Shown piece after piece: positions 1 to 10,912 of a stretch of DNA of 64,000 nt. How positions within the stretch are numbered: position 1 is the stretch's first letter; each line of letters opens with the position of its first letter. Position numbers and translations under genes: made by a program. The stretch comes from an uncultured Gemmatimonadales bacterium (GTDB taxonomy: Bacteria > Gemmatimonadota > Gemmatimonadetes > Palauibacterales > Palauibacteraceae), in assembly GCA_963807645.1 (NCBI GenBank), contig CAWECO010000002.1, positions 347,726 through 411,725 on the forward strand, written 5' to 3'. The notes under the pieces are model-generated. The model saw only the letters and a program-made list of their open reading frames with translations. It made no database searches and was not told the origin of the DNA.

Positions 1-102
1 ACCAGGCCATTCTACCTCGCTAGAACCGTGTCCAGAGTCGAGCACGAATATAACGAGAGCCGGAGTCAGGGCGACCCCCTGCCCGTTTCCGTCCGCTGAC
101 AG

Positions 103-1323
103 TCAGGTCTCGTAGGCTGCCCTGCACACCAGGGCCAGGCCGACGAAGGTCGTCAGGAGGAAGGATCCACCGTAGCTGATGAACGGAAGGGGAAGCCCCG
201 TCACCGGCATCAAGCCTACGGTCATGCCAATGTTGATGACGAGGTGCGCGAACCAGACGCCGAAGAAACAGAACGCCACCAGGCTCCCGTAGCCCTCGGT
301 TTCCGCAGCTACCCGGAGCACCCGGTGCAGGAACCAGGCGAGCAGGGCAAGGAACACGAGTGCCCCGATCAGGCCTAGTTCTTCGCCAACGACCGAGAAA
401 ATGAAATCGGTATGCTGCTCAGGAAGAAAAGCCAACCTCTTCTGCGGGCCCTGTCCGAAGCCCTGACCGGACACCCCACCGGAGCCGATCGCCACCTTCG
501 ACTGGATCAGATGCCAGCCGGCGCCGCGCGGATCGACATCCGGGTCGAGGAAGACGAGCAGGCGACGCTGCTGATACGGAGCGAGACGATTCCACAGCGG
601 TACCGCGAGAGCCCCGGCGGCGAGGTTCGAGAGGGCGACGACGGCGGCCTCGGCTATGTAGGGCCGTCGCCAATACAGCGCCACAACGACGACGACGAAC
701 CACACACCCCAAACGGCCGCCGAAAACCCGAGAATCAGGCTCACCGCGGGACTGACCAACATGAAGATCGTGAACAGGGGCGTGCCACCCCAGAACAACG
801 CGCTGACGAGAATCACCACGAATATCAGTGCACTACCCAGATCCGGCTGTGCCATTACGAGCACGAACGGGACGACGACCGCGAGGACGGGTCGCGAGAG
901 CTCGAACAGGCTCCTTTGCGGCTCTTTGCGAGACGCGAGCATGCGGGCCAGAAGCAGGATGGTGGCCAGCTTGGCAAGCTCCGCCGGCTGAAGAGACAAC
1001 CCCCCGAACCGCAGCCAGCTTCGAGTGTTGGGCCCCCCGCCAACGACGAGAACCGCCAGCAGGAGGATGATGGAGGAAGCGTAGATCCACGGCGTAGCCC
1101 ACTCCAGCCATCGCATCGGCACCCGCGTGACCACCGCAAACGCGACGAGCGAGATCACCAGCCACACCAGTTGCCGGCGCCAAGCTCCAGTCACCGCCGA
1201 CGGCAGATCGACTTGACCGGCCGACCAGATCATGGCGATACCGAGCCCCGCCAGGAGCAGACCACCGCTCAGAAGCAGCGGGTCCCCGACGCCCTGCAGG
1301 CGGTACGCCGGTTCTCGATTCAC
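103..1323 (-). CDS. rodA: SEDS-family peptidoglycan glycosyltransferase RodA
   Basis: Part of ORF 103..1599. Multi-TM FtsW/RodA-like sequence ending in the PFISYGGS motif. GTG at 1323 overlaps the mrdA stop (GTGA). Last gene of the mreBCD-mrdA-rodA cluster. Confidence 0.85.
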   Translation of the reverse strand: MNREPAYRLQGVGDPLLLSGGLLLAGLGIAMIWSAGQVDLPSAVTGAWRRQLVWLVISLVAFAVVTRVPMRWLEWATPWIYASSIILLLAVLVVGGGPNTRSWLRFGGLSLQPAELAKLATILLLARMLASRKEPQRSLFELSRPVLAVVVPFVLVMAQPDLGSALIFVVILVSALFWGGTPLFTIFMLVSPAVSLILGFSAAVWGVWFVVVVVALYWRRPYIAEAAVVALSNLAAGALAVPLWNRLAPYQQRRLLVFLDPDVDPRGAGWHLIQSKVAIGSGGVSGQGFGQGPQKRLAFLPEQHTDFIFSVVGEELGLIGALVFLALLAWFLHRVLRVAAETEGYGSLVAFCFFGVWFAHLVINIGMTVGLMPVTGLPLPFISYGGSFLLTTFVGLALVCRAAYET

Positions 1324-3173
1324 TGAACGGGCCCTACCCCGCCGGCTTCGCCCGGCGCGGGGATCGGGGCCGGGGCCTCGGTCGCTCGGTCGGGCGGGAC
1401 TCCTTCTGACTCCAGGAATCGCGCTACGACCTGGGATGCGAAGGGGACGGCGCGCGACGTCCGGTCGTCCGGGTGTCCGTTTTCGACGATCGCAGCGATC
1501 ACTATGCGAGGATCGTGCGCTGGGGCGAACCCGACGAACCAGGAATGGGGTTCGCCGTGCGGGTTCTGGGCCGTCCCCGTCTTTCCAGCCAGTGTCCATT
1601 CGCGGGGCCTGTGCCAGTACGCGGTCCCTCCCGGCTCATTCACCACTCGCACCAGCGCCGAAACGAGTTCCTGACGCTGCGCTTCGGGGAGCCCCAGCGT
1701 CCAGTCCTCCCGCACCTGTGCGAGTTCCGCGGACTGAAGCAGGTGCGGAACCACGGGAGACTCTCCAGTGGCCAGCGCAGCATAGAACTGTGCCATCCGT
1801 AGCAGGGTCTGCTCGGTCTCGCCCTGCCCGATGGCGAGGTTCAGCACCACGGACTCCGTCCACCCTCTCCTCCCGAACCTGCGGTCGTACCAGTCCCGTG
1901 AAGGCGGAAACCGTCCCGAGATCTCGCCCGGGATATCCAACCCGGTCGCCCGGTTGAAGCCCAGACCGTCTACCCCCGAAAGGAGAGGATCGAGGCCCAG
2001 ACGCAATCCCAACTGATAGAAGTAGACGTTGCAGCTCTCCTTGATCGCTTCCGACAGATCGAGCGGACCGTGGCCCTCCGGCCTCCAGCAGCGAAAAGCC
2101 CTTCGTCCGAATTGAAGGGCCCCCCGGCACGAAGTCGGCATGTAAGTATCGATATTCAGAGTCCTTTGGCTCATCCCGAGCGTCGCAAGGACCAGCTTCC
2201 ATGTGGAGCCCGGCGGATAGAGCGCTGCCGCGGCCCGATTCAGAACCGGCTGGCGGGGATCGTCCCGAATTGCCCCCCACTCTTCTTCGCTGATCCCTCC
2301 CACGAACAGATTGGGATCAAAGCTCGGGTGGCTGTACAGAAGCAGGACTTCTCCGGTTCTCGGGTCCAGGGCAACCGCTCCGCCGACATCCTCCTCCAGG
2401 AAGATTGAATCTGCGAACTGCTGCAGGTCCAGGTCGAGCGTGAGCTTCACCTCGGCCCCCGGCTCGGCAGATCGGGCCAGATCCGACGGGAACTCCATCA
2501 CGATCGATCCACGGGCATTCACTTCCACGTAGCGGGTGCCCGCGGACCCCGCCAGCAACGCTTCATACGATCGCTCGATGCCCTGCTTGCCGACCGTTCT
2601 GCCAGCCTCATACTCCACAAATTGATCACTGTTGAGCTCCGCCTCGCTGATTTCTCCCACGAATCCGACCACGTGTGCTACCGTGGCACCCGCCGGATAC
2701 CGTCGACGCGGGTGAGTCTCGATCACCACGAGCCTGAACTCCGGACGGCGTTCCTCCACGGCCGCTACCTGCTCGAAGCTCAGGTCGTCCCTGACGAGCA
2801 CTGGAAGTTGAGGATTCCGGCTGCGACGCTCGAGGATCGTCTCGATGCCGTCCGGGGTCAGGCCGAGATAAGGAGCCAATCGGTCCAGTGTGGCCCGGGC
2901 TGAATCAGGTGGGGCGGGCAGCAGGGTGAGCGAGTAGCCCGGAATGCTCTCGGCAAGCAACTCGCCGTGCCGATCGTAGATGGCGCCGCGCGCCGCCGGG
3001 ATCGGGATGGGGCGCAGCCGATTGTTCCGGGACTGCAATTCGTACGCGCCGCCCCCGAGCACCTGCAGTCTGAAGATCGCCGCCGCCAGGATGGTGATCA
3101 CGACGAACAGGAGGGCCGCCGCAGCGCGCGACCGCCGCCCCCGACTGAGCCGTGAAGCTTCGCTTCCGGTCAT
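1320..3173 (-). CDS. mrdA: penicillin-binding protein 2 (elongasome transpeptidase)
   Basis: ORF 1320..3539. Likely start is MTGSEASRL at 3173, just after the mreD stop. N-terminal TM, then PBP dimerisation and transpeptidase regions (STWK motif, KTGTA). Confidence 0.85.
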   Translation of the reverse strand: MTGSEASRLSRGRRSRAAAALLFVVITILAAAIFRLQVLGGGAYELQSRNNRLRPIPIPAARGAIYDRHGELLAESIPGYSLTLLPAPPDSARATLDRLAPYLGLTPDGIETILERRSRNPQLPVLVRDDLSFEQVAAVEERRPEFRLVVIETHPRRRYPAGATVAHVVGFVGEISEAELNSDQFVEYEAGRTVGKQGIERSYEALLAGSAGTRYVEVNARGSIVMEFPSDLARSAEPGAEVKLTLDLDLQQFADSIFLEEDVGGAVALDPRTGEVLLLYSHPSFDPNLFVGGISEEEWGAIRDDPRQPVLNRAAAALYPPGSTWKLVLATLGMSQRTLNIDTYMPTSCRGALQFGRRAFRCWRPEGHGPLDLSEAIKESCNVYFYQLGLRLGLDPLLSGVDGLGFNRATGLDIPGEISGRFPPSRDWYDRRFGRRGWTESVVLNLAIGQGETEQTLLRMAQFYAALATGESPVVPHLLQSAELAQVREDWTLGLPEAQRQELVSALVRVVNEPGGTAYWHRPREWTLAGKTGTAQNPHGEPHSWFVGFAPAHDPRIVIAAIVENGHPDDRTSRAVPFASQVVARFLESEGVPPDRATEAPAPIPAPGEAGGVGPVQ

Positions 3174-3180
3174 GTCAGCA

Positions 3181-3660
3181 TCACGGCCTCCGGATGGCGG
3201 CAGCCACCGACTCGGCCGCTCCGCAGACCAGGGCAGTTGCGAGCGCGCTGACCGGCGCGAGCACCAGGGCCCCCAGGAGGTTGGGACGGCCGGGCATGGC
3301 AAGAACCAGAGAGACCTCGGCGATCCACGTGCCGAAGAACAGGTATATGAAGACGTAGTGACGAGCGTCGGCGAAGAGCAGGTCGCGGCTGCGCGCGCCG
3401 ACGTACCCGACCAGGGTGAGCACGATCGAGATCGTACCCAATCCCTCCAGTCCCATGGCCGCCTCCAGCACTCCGAGAGTAAAGCCGAGGAAAGCCGCGT
3501 ATCCGGCCCGCATCCGCAGGGCCCCGAGCAGAAGTGCACCGATCAGCAGATTCGGCGTGCCGGGCCACTGGACAAAGAGCCGGTATAGCGTGAAATGGAG
3601 GATCACCAGCGCTCCGACGAGCAGGGCGTCCGCGCTCCACCCTCGCCTAAGGACTCTCAA
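3181..3660 (-). CDS. mreD: rod shape-determining protein MreD
   Basis: 159-aa polytopic membrane ORF between mreC and mrdA; its start overlaps the mreC end by 14 nt. Confidence 0.7.
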   Translation of the reverse strand: MRVLRRGWSADALLVGALVILHFTLYRLFVQWPGTPNLLIGALLLGALRMRAGYAAFLGFTLGVLEAAMGLEGLGTISIVLTLVGYVGARSRDLLFADARHYVFIYLFFGTWIAEVSLVLAMPGRPNLLGALVLAPVSALATALVCGAAESVAAAIRRP

Positions 3661-4540
3661 CCGATCCCCCTTCTCTGGCCTCGGCCTCCTCCATCACAGC
3701 GGTTGCTGAGTCCGTTGGCGTCTCCGCCGGGGCCGAAGCTCGATCCCACGCGGTCACGGCCCGCACGGATCCCGGCCGAACCGCCGGCTCGACCAAATAG
3801 CTGTGAGACCAGCCCGAGAGCGAGGCCGACTCCTCGATCACCGTGCCCACGCGTATTCCGCCGGGGAATACACCGCCCAGGCCAGCCGTTTCGAGAATCG
3901 CCCCCTGCGCCATGCGAGCCTGGTAGGGAACACCCTCGACCAGCATCAACGTCTCGCCACCCTCGCTCACGTACGAGCGCACGATGCCGGTTGCCCCACC
4001 CGTGGCTGAACGCACGCTGACGCGGAAGTCCGGGTGGGTCCAGAACTCGCCGAGCCCTGTACCACCGGAGATCGAGCGAAGAACCCCGACCAGGCCATCA
4101 GGAACGCTCACGGCGGTAGGCACCTGCATACCGGCCAGGGACAGGCTGCGAAGCAGGAAGCTGTGCGAGCTTCCGACGGACGGACGCCCGGGCACCAGCT
4201 CCGCAACGATAAACGCTCCGGGGCTCCTCTCCGGAAGTGACAGCTGGGCTCGAAGCTCGCGATTCTCCCGCTCCAGATCCGTCGCCCCCAGCAACCGGAC
4301 GTAGAGCCGGTCGCGTTCGGTCTCGAGATTCGCGGCCCGGGTCGCCAGATCGACGCGCCGTTCATAGGCCGCATCGGCCGCGAGGAACGGACTGAGAACC
4401 GTGCTTCGCAGGAAGCGCGTGAGCCCCAGAGCCTGTGAAGAATCCAGGGCCGCGAGAGACCAGGAGAGTATGAGAAGAACGGCGACGATGACCAGGTCAC
4501 GACGCTGATTCTCGGGCCGGCCGACGTTGATCTGCCTCAA
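3647..4540 (-). CDS. mreC: rod shape-determining protein MreC
   Basis: 297 aa with N-terminal TM, a coiled-coil segment (ERENRELRAQL) and a beta-rich C-terminus. Lies immediately downstream of mreB. Confidence 0.85.
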   Translation of the reverse strand: MRQINVGRPENQRRDLVIVAVLLILSWSLAALDSSQALGLTRFLRSTVLSPFLAADAAYERRVDLATRAANLETERDRLYVRLLGATDLERENRELRAQLSLPERSPGAFIVAELVPGRPSVGSSHSFLLRSLSLAGMQVPTAVSVPDGLVGVLRSISGGTGLGEFWTHPDFRVSVRSATGGATGIVRSYVSEGGETLMLVEGVPYQARMAQGAILETAGLGGVFPGGIRVGTVIEESASLSGWSHSYLVEPAVRPGSVRAVTAWDRASAPAETPTDSATAVMEEAEAREGGSVESP

Positions 4541-4547
4541 CGCCTCC

Positions 4548-5582
4548 TCAGGTGGTAAGCACGCTCCGATAGCGCGGGATGTCGTCCAGAACTCGGCCTG
4601 TGCCCCTGACCACGCAGGTCAGAGGCTCTTCGTCGACGTGAATCGGAAGCCCCGTCTCTTCCCGAAGGAGCTTGTCGAGGCCTCGAATGAGAGAACCGCC
4701 GCCCGTCATGACAATACCGCGATCGACGATGTCCGCCGCCAACTCGGGAGGCGTGATCTCGAGCGCCCTGCGTACGGCGCCGACGATCTGCTGAATCGGC
4801 TCCAGCATGCACTCGCGCACCTCGGCAGAGTTGACTCGCACCGTCTTCGGGATACCGGACACGAGATCTCGTCCCTTGACGCTCATGTCCCGCTCTTCTT
4901 CCGTGGGATACGCGGAGCCGATCTGGATCTTGATGGCCTCCGCCGTCGGTTCGCCAATGAGCAGGTTGTAGTTCTTGCGCAGGAACGAGACGATCGCTTC
5001 GTCCAACTCGTCACCCCCGACCCGAATCGAGGTCTCGGCCACGAGCCCGGATAGCGCGATGACCGCGATCTCCGTGGTTCCGCCTCCGACGTCAATCACC
5101 ATGTTGCCCGTGGGAGTCTCGACGGGCAGACCGACCCCGATGGCGGCCGCCATCGGCTCGGACACCATGTATACTTCTTTGGCGCCGGCCGCGTGGGCGC
5201 TGGATCGGACCGCCCGGCGTTCCAGTTCGGTGATACCCGAGGGTACACCTACCACCACCCGCGGTCTGATCTTGAAAACGCGATCGGCAGTCACCGTCTT
5301 CAGGAAGTAGCGGAGCATGATCTCCGTGACGTCTACGTCCGCGATCACTCCGTCCTTCAGCGGGCGAACCGCCTCGACGCCGTGCGGAGTGCGACCGAGC
5401 ATGCGCTTCGCCTCGAGGCCGATTCCCATGATGCGGCCAGTACTCTTCTCGACGGCCACGACCGAGGGCTCGTTGAGTACGATTCCCTCTCCAGCCACAT
5501 AGACCAGCGTATTGGCGGTGCCCAGGTCCACACCGACGTCATTGATCGGTAGGAAGCTACCTTTGAGAAGACGTTTCCACAT
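4548..5582 (-). CDS. mreB: actin-like rod shape-determining protein MreB
   Basis: 344 aa with canonical MreB motifs (DLGTANTLVY, VIDVGGGTTE, GIVMTGGGSL). Confidence 0.95.
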   Translation of the reverse strand: MWKRLLKGSFLPINDVGVDLGTANTLVYVAGEGIVLNEPSVVAVEKSTGRIMGIGLEAKRMLGRTPHGVEAVRPLKDGVIADVDVTEIMLRYFLKTVTADRVFKIRPRVVVGVPSGITELERRAVRSSAHAAGAKEVYMVSEPMAAAIGVGLPVETPTGNMVIDVGGGTTEIAVIALSGLVAETSIRVGGDELDEAIVSFLRKNYNLLIGEPTAEAIKIQIGSAYPTEEERDMSVKGRDLVSGIPKTVRVNSAEVRECMLEPIQQIVGAVRRALEITPPELAADIVDRGIVMTGGGSLIRGLDKLLREETGLPIHVDEEPLTCVVRGTGRVLDDIPRYRSVLTT

Positions 5583-5689
5583 CGCCTGTTCCGTTCAGGA
5601 TCAATCGGGAGTTCGAGGCCGCACGCCCGCTTCGGTGGCCCAACCTGCAAAGGCCGGGCCACCGGCCCGGGAATGTAGACTCCCCGTTT

Positions 5690-5724
5690 CGCCGGGGAAA
5701 GGCGGGGTCCCGCAGGACCCCGCC
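5690..5724 (-). terminator. candidate intrinsic terminator after ald
   Basis: Perfect 10-bp stem GGCGGGGTCC/GGACCCCGCC (5701..5724) with a 4-nt loop. On the minus strand it is followed by TTTCCCC, a weak U-tail. Confidence 0.4.
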
Positions 5725-5730
5725 AGTGGC

Positions 5731-6843
5731 CTACAGAACCTCCGAAACGTCTACGCTTTCGATGCCGAAGGCTTCTCCGACCGCGGCGTAGGTGAGCCTG
5801 CCGTCCACCGCGTTGAGGCCCAGGGCCAGCGCGGGGTCGTCCTGGCAGGCTCTGACCCAGCCCTTTCTTGCCAGCGCGAGCATGTACGGCGACGTGGCGT
5901 TCGTGAGCGCAAGCGTCGATGTGCGAGGCACGGCGCCAGGCATATTGGCCACGCAGTAGTGGATCACCCCTTCGACCACGTAGATCGGGTCATCGTGGGT
6001 CGTCGGACGAACCGTCTCCACGCACCCACCCTGATCCACGGCAACGTCCACGACCACAGAGCCGTCCTTCATCAGTTTGAGATCATCCCGCAGCACCAGG
6101 CTCGGCGCCTTCGCTCCAGGCAGGAGAACCGCACCCACCAGAAGATCCGCTCTCGATATCTGCTCGAGTATGTTGCGCCGATTGGAAAACAGGGTGTCCA
6201 CGTTGGCCGGCATCACGTCCACGAGGTAGCGCAGACGGTCGAGGTCGAGATCGAGGATCGTGACGTGCGCGCCGAATCCCGCCGCGATCCAGGCGGCATT
6301 CGTTCCTACGACTCCTCCACCCAGGATCACGACTTCCGCCGGGAGCACCCCGGGAACACCTCCGAGCAGGACGCCACAGCCGCCCTGGTTCTTCTCCAGG
6401 TACTTGGCGCCCTCCTGGACCGCCATCCGCCCCGCCACCTCCGACATCGGAGTCAGGAGTGGCAGCTCGCCGGTCGACAACTGGACGGTCTCATAGGCGA
6501 TGGCCACGCACTTTCGGTCGAGGATCGTCCGGGTGAGCGTCTCGTCCGCCGCGAAGTGGAAGTAAGTGAACAGGACCTGTCCCTCCCGGATCCTCTCGTA
6601 CTCCGGCGCGATCGGCTCCTTGACCTTGACGATCATGTCCGCTCGTGACCACAGATCATCCACATCCGGCACGATCTCGGCGCCAACCGCCGTGTAGGCA
6701 GCATCCTCGAAGCCACTTCCGATCCCACCGTCCTTCTCGACCAGGACCTGATGCCCCTGGGCGACCAATGCCTCTACTCCGCCGGGAACCACGGCGATGC
6801 GGTTCTCGTGCGATTTGATCTCCTTCGGAACTCCCACGATCAT
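5731..6843 (-). CDS. ald: alanine dehydrogenase
   Basis: 370 aa. N-terminus MIVGVPKEIKSHENRIA and the Rossmann motif VVILGGGVVG are typical of Ald. Confidence 0.9.
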   Translation of the reverse strand: MIVGVPKEIKSHENRIAVVPGGVEALVAQGHQVLVEKDGGIGSGFEDAAYTAVGAEIVPDVDDLWSRADMIVKVKEPIAPEYERIREGQVLFTYFHFAADETLTRTILDRKCVAIAYETVQLSTGELPLLTPMSEVAGRMAVQEGAKYLEKNQGGCGVLLGGVPGVLPAEVVILGGGVVGTNAAWIAAGFGAHVTILDLDLDRLRYLVDVMPANVDTLFSNRRNILEQISRADLLVGAVLLPGAKAPSLVLRDDLKLMKDGSVVVDVAVDQGGCVETVRPTTHDDPIYVVEGVIHYCVANMPGAVPRTSTLALTNATSPYMLALARKGWVRACQDDPALALGLNAVDGRLTYAAVGEAFGIESVDVSEVL

Positions 6844-6956
6844 GGTGCAGCTCCTTGTTCAGTACTCTCGGAGGCGAACCGGGACCTCTCGGTCCGAGTC
6901 GCTTGAACGGCGCCAGGGAAGACGCCGGAAAGCCCGGATTGACCCGGCACAGGGGA

Positions 6957-8273
6957 TTATGCGGGCCAGAGTTCCAGCACCGCCAGCCCCTCCGGATCAT
7001 ACAGCTTGGAGACCTCTTTCGCTTGGTCAACATCGACAGCATCGATCAAGTCGACGAGGGCGTCGAGGTTCCGGTATGGCTCGCCGTACAAGACCATGCC
7101 GGCCAGCCGATGCATGCGCGCCGCCGGGGACTCGAGCGACAACAGGATCTGCCCCTTGATCTGCTCCTTGACCGTGTCGAGTTCCGCGCGGGAGAGCCCC
7201 CGCTCAGCCAGGGATTTCAACTCGGCGAGCAGGACCTCTCGAGCATCCCCCGCTGTGTCCGGACTGGTCGCCAGATAGGCTCCGAGGTGCCCCCCCCGCG
7301 CGTAGAAGGCCTGAAACGAGAACACCGAGTAAGCGAGCCCCAGCTGTTCGCGGACCTTCTGAAACAACCGCGAACTCATACCACCACCGAGTGCCTGGCC
7401 GACCACGACGGCCGCATGTCGCAGGGGACTCGAGTGGTCCAACCCCCTGCCGCCCGCGATGAGGTGAACCTGTCGCCCCCCGGGGCGGCGCGTCACCCTG
7501 GAACCCGCGGCCGTCGTTCCGAGGTTCGGTACGTCCTCTTCGCCTCGAGGCTCTTCCGTGTCGGGCCACAGGTCCCGGACCTGGCGGAGCAGGTCGTCGT
7601 GCTCCACCTGACCGGCTACCGCGACGACCATGTTCGCCGGGTGATACGCCTCTCGGTGCATTTGCCGGAGCGTGTCCGCCTCGATCGCCTCCACCGTCTC
7701 TCGTGTGCCGAGAATGGGGGCTCCGTACGGATGGCCATCGTAGAGAAACTCCGAGTGCAGTTCGAATACCAGGTCGTCCGGCGTGTCCTCCATCCGGGAG
7801 ATTTCCTCCAGGACGACGGATCTCTCCAGCTCCAGGTCATCGCGTCGAAGAGCTGGGGAAAAGGTAAGATCCGTCAGAACATCCAAGCCCGTCGCCAGGC
7901 GATCCGCGGGGACCCGCACCTGGAAGGAGGTGTGCTCGTGGGTCGTGTAGGCGTCCAGCGAGCCACCGGTCCCCTCTACGGCCGCGGCGATCTCCTGCGC
8001 ACTCCGCCGCCCCGTCCCCTTGAAGACCATGTGCTCGAGCAGGTGGGCGATTCCCCGGTACTCCGGCTGCTCGTGAGCCGTGCCGCGCCGTACCCATACG
8101 CCCGCTGCAACCGATCGGACCGAGTCCATCTTCTCGGATAGAACAACAGCCCCCGATGGAAGAACGGAGCGCCGGACCTCGTGGTCCAGACGCTCCGTCG
8201 TTTCCAGGCCGTTTGCTCTCACGTGAGCGGTCAGCCGATCCGTGAGCACTCCCCCCTCCCGCGCCCGCCCCAT
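6957..8273 (-). CDS. M16-family zinc peptidase (pitrilysin-like)
   Basis: C-terminal 438 codons of ORF 6957..10229. ATG at 8273 lies downstream of the true pnp stop at 8324. Carries the inverted zinc motif HLLEH. Confidence 0.8.
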   Translation of the reverse strand: MGRAREGGVLTDRLTAHVRANGLETTERLDHEVRRSVLPSGAVVLSEKMDSVRSVAAGVWVRRGTAHEQPEYRGIAHLLEHMVFKGTGRRSAQEIAAAVEGTGGSLDAYTTHEHTSFQVRVPADRLATGLDVLTDLTFSPALRRDDLELERSVVLEEISRMEDTPDDLVFELHSEFLYDGHPYGAPILGTRETVEAIEADTLRQMHREAYHPANMVVAVAGQVEHDDLLRQVRDLWPDTEEPRGEEDVPNLGTTAAGSRVTRRPGGRQVHLIAGGRGLDHSSPLRHAAVVVGQALGGGMSSRLFQKVREQLGLAYSVFSFQAFYARGGHLGAYLATSPDTAGDAREVLLAELKSLAERGLSRAELDTVKEQIKGQILLSLESPAARMHRLAGMVLYGEPYRNLDALVDLIDAVDVDQAKEVSKLYDPEGLAVLELWPA

Positions 8274-8323
8274 CAGTCCAACGTGATCCGGGGCGGACCC
8301 TCGACGCGGGAGAGACTCACAAC

Positions 8324-10422
8324 TCAGTTCGCGGACATGGCCGCGCGGCGAGACAGCTTGAGCCGGCCTCTCTCGTCGACCGACAGCAGCTTCACCTGCA
8401 CGACGTCGCCCGGCTGAACCACGTCCTCGGTCTTCTCTGTGCGACCTTCCTCGAGCTCGGAGATGTGGCACAGACCTTCCGTGCCCGGAATGATCTCGAC
8501 GAAGGCACCGAAGGTGGTGGTGTTCTTCACCGACGCCTTCGTAGATCCGTCCGACTTCGGGCTCCTCGACGATGGCCTCGATCATCTCGCGGGCGTTCTC
8601 CGCCGCTTCGCCCGACACGGCGGAGATCGTCACCACACCCGAATCTTCGATGTTGATCTGGGCCCCGGTCTGCTCCTGGATGCTCCGAATCGTCTTGCCC
8701 TTCGGCCCGATGATCTCGCCGATCTTCTCCGGGTTGATCTGGATCGTCATGATCCGCGGCGCGTACTGAGACATCTCGGAACGCGGCTCGCTAAGCGTCT
8801 GCTCCATGACATCCAGGATGTGCATCCGACCCTTGCGGGCCCGCCCCAGCGCCTCACGCATCGTGTCCAGACTCAGCCCGTCGATCTTGATGTCCATCTG
8901 GATCGCGGTGATCCCCGTCCGCGTACCGGCGACCTTGAAGTCCATGTCGCCCAGCGCGTCTTCGATCCCCAGGATGTCGGTCAGAATGGCGACGGAGTCA
9001 CCCTCCTTGATCAGCCCCATGGCCACACCGGCGCAAGGGCCACGCAGCGGCACACCTGCGTCCATCAGCGACAGCGAGCCGCCGCACACCGTCGCCATCG
9101 AGCTCGAGCCGTTCGACTCGAGAATGTCCGATACGATGCGGATCGTGTACGGGAACTCGTCGTAGGCCGGTAGCAGCGACTGCAGGGCCCGCTCGGCCAG
9201 CATCCCGTGTCCGATCTCGCGGCGTCCCGGTCCACGGAACGGGCGCACCTCGCCGACGGAGAACGACGGGAAGTTGTAGTGAAGCATGAACGACTTCGAC
9301 GTTTCCTCGCGGACATCGATCGAGTCGATGCGCTGCTCGTCCCTGATCGTACCCAGCGTCGCCACACACAGCGCCTGCGTCTGACCACGCGTGAACAGCG
9401 CTGAGCCGTGCGTCCGCGGCAGGATGCCCACGTCGGACGAGATCGGCCGAATGTCGTCAAGCCCACGGCCGTCGACCCGCTCACCCCGCTCCAGGATCTG
9501 CCGCCGCATCGTCTCCTTCTCGAGACTCTTCATCACGCTCGACAGATCGTCGAGGTGCTCGGCGAACGTCTCCTCGTCCTGCAGGTCGGCGGTCACGGAC
9601 TCCCTGAGCGCGGACAGCGCCTGATTCCGCTCTTCCTTGTTCGGGAGCGCCAGCGCCTCCTCGATCTTGCTCGCTGCCCGGTCGCGAACCGCCGTCTCGA
9701 AGTCAGGCGAGACGCTCTTCGGCGGGTACTCGAACTTCTGCGGCGGCCCCCCGATCATCTGCACGAGCTCATGCTGAATCGCGATCAGTTCGCGGATCGC
9801 CTTGTGCGACACTTCCAGCGCCGAGACCAGATCGTCCTCGCTGATCTCGACCGCGGCTCCCTCGACCATGACGATCGATTCGTCCGTGCCGGCAACCACG
9901 ATGTCCATGTCGGAGTACTCGAGCTGCTCGAACGTCGGGTTGATCACCCACTCACCGGAGACGCGACCCACGCGGACGCCCGCGATCGGTCCGCCCCACG
10001 GAATCGGCGATATCGTGAGCGCCGCCGAGGCGCCGAGCATGCCGAGCACGTCGGCGTCGTTCTCCTGGTCGGCCGAGATGATGAAGCAGGCGACCTGCGT
10101 CTCGTTCTGGTAGTCGGACGGGAAACAGCGGGCGCAGCGGCCGATCGATCTGGCGCGCCGAGACGGTCTCCTTGTCGCTGGGACGTCCCTCCCGCTTGAT
10201 GAACCCGCCCGGGAACTTTCCGGCTGCATAGGTCTTCGCCCGGTATTCCACGGTAAGAGGGAAGAACGGCATGCGGGACTGCTTTCGCTCCGCCATCGCC
10301 GTCACCAGCACTACCGTATCGCCATACTGGGCTAGAATCGCCCCATCCGCCTGCCGCGCCATGCGACCCGTCTCGAGGACCAGCTTCCGGCCCGCGAATT
10401 CCTTCTCAATCCTGTGTGCCAT
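8324..10422 (-). pseudogene. pnp: polyribonucleotide nucleotidyltransferase (PNPase), reading frame broken twice
   Basis: Three collinear pieces. 10422..about 10122 gives MAHRIEKEF...[10 protein letters not shown]; about 10119..8532 gives SDYQNETQV...EVGRIYEGV; 8530..8324 gives the S1 domain [13 protein letters not shown]. Removing one base at each junction restores the frame. Confidence 0.9.
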
Positions 10423-10593
10423 CTCTTCTTTCTTCTCTTTCCGCTCTTCTCAAGCATACAACGTCTTTGGTCTTACGCATCCCGGCCGCGAATCTCCCGC
10501 GTTCTCGTAGCGGGCGCGGGCGGGACGACAAAAACGGCAATCCGAAGGCGCCGTGCGCCACCGAACCGCCGCATTCCGAGGCCCGCAACACTC

Positions 10594-10863
10594 CTAGCGG
10601 CGCAGGCCCAATTCCTTGATGACCGTCCTGTATCTTTCGTACTCGTTCTTCTTCAGGTACTCGAGCAGCCGGCGTCGGCGGCCCACCATCTTCAGGAGGC
10701 CCCTGCGACTGTGGTGATCCTTTGGGTGCGTTCTGAAATGCTCCGTCAGGTGCTCGATCCGAGCCGTCAACTGCGCGACCTGGATGGCGGGCGACCCTAC
10801 ATCACCCTCGTGCAGACCGAACTTCCCGGCTATCGCCTTCTTTTCTTCGGTGCCCAGCGTCAT
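10594..10863 (-). CDS. rpsO: 30S ribosomal protein S15
   Basis: 89-aa version starting MTLGTEEKK within ORF 10594..10905. S15 signature [20 protein letters not shown]. Confidence 0.9.
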   Translation of the reverse strand: MTLGTEEKKAIAGKFGLHEGDVGSPAIQVAQLTARIEHLTEHFRTHPKDHHSRRGLLKMVGRRRRLLEYLKKNEYERYRTVIKELGLRR

Positions 10864-10912
10864 CTGTATGAGTTCCTTCAAGTTCGTGTATTCAACGGAT
10901 ATCAAGCTTTGA

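Noticed and set aside
5512-6648. Long antisense ORFs (for example 5512..6648+, 26526..27773+, 61466..63448+ at 660 aa, 9408..10199+ and 50078..51079+)
   Set aside because: They lie opposite well-supported conserved genes and translate to Arg/Pro/Gly-rich low-complexity sequence. They are the expected stop-codon-poor shadow frames of GC-rich DNA.
6957-10229. A 1090-aa ORF that looks like a PNPase-peptidase fusion protein
   Set aside because: Its first about 36 residues are out-of-frame junk. The PNPase S1 domain and its stop (8324) lie in another frame, and the M16 peptidase has its own ATG at 8273. The fusion is a by-product of two single-base frameshifts.
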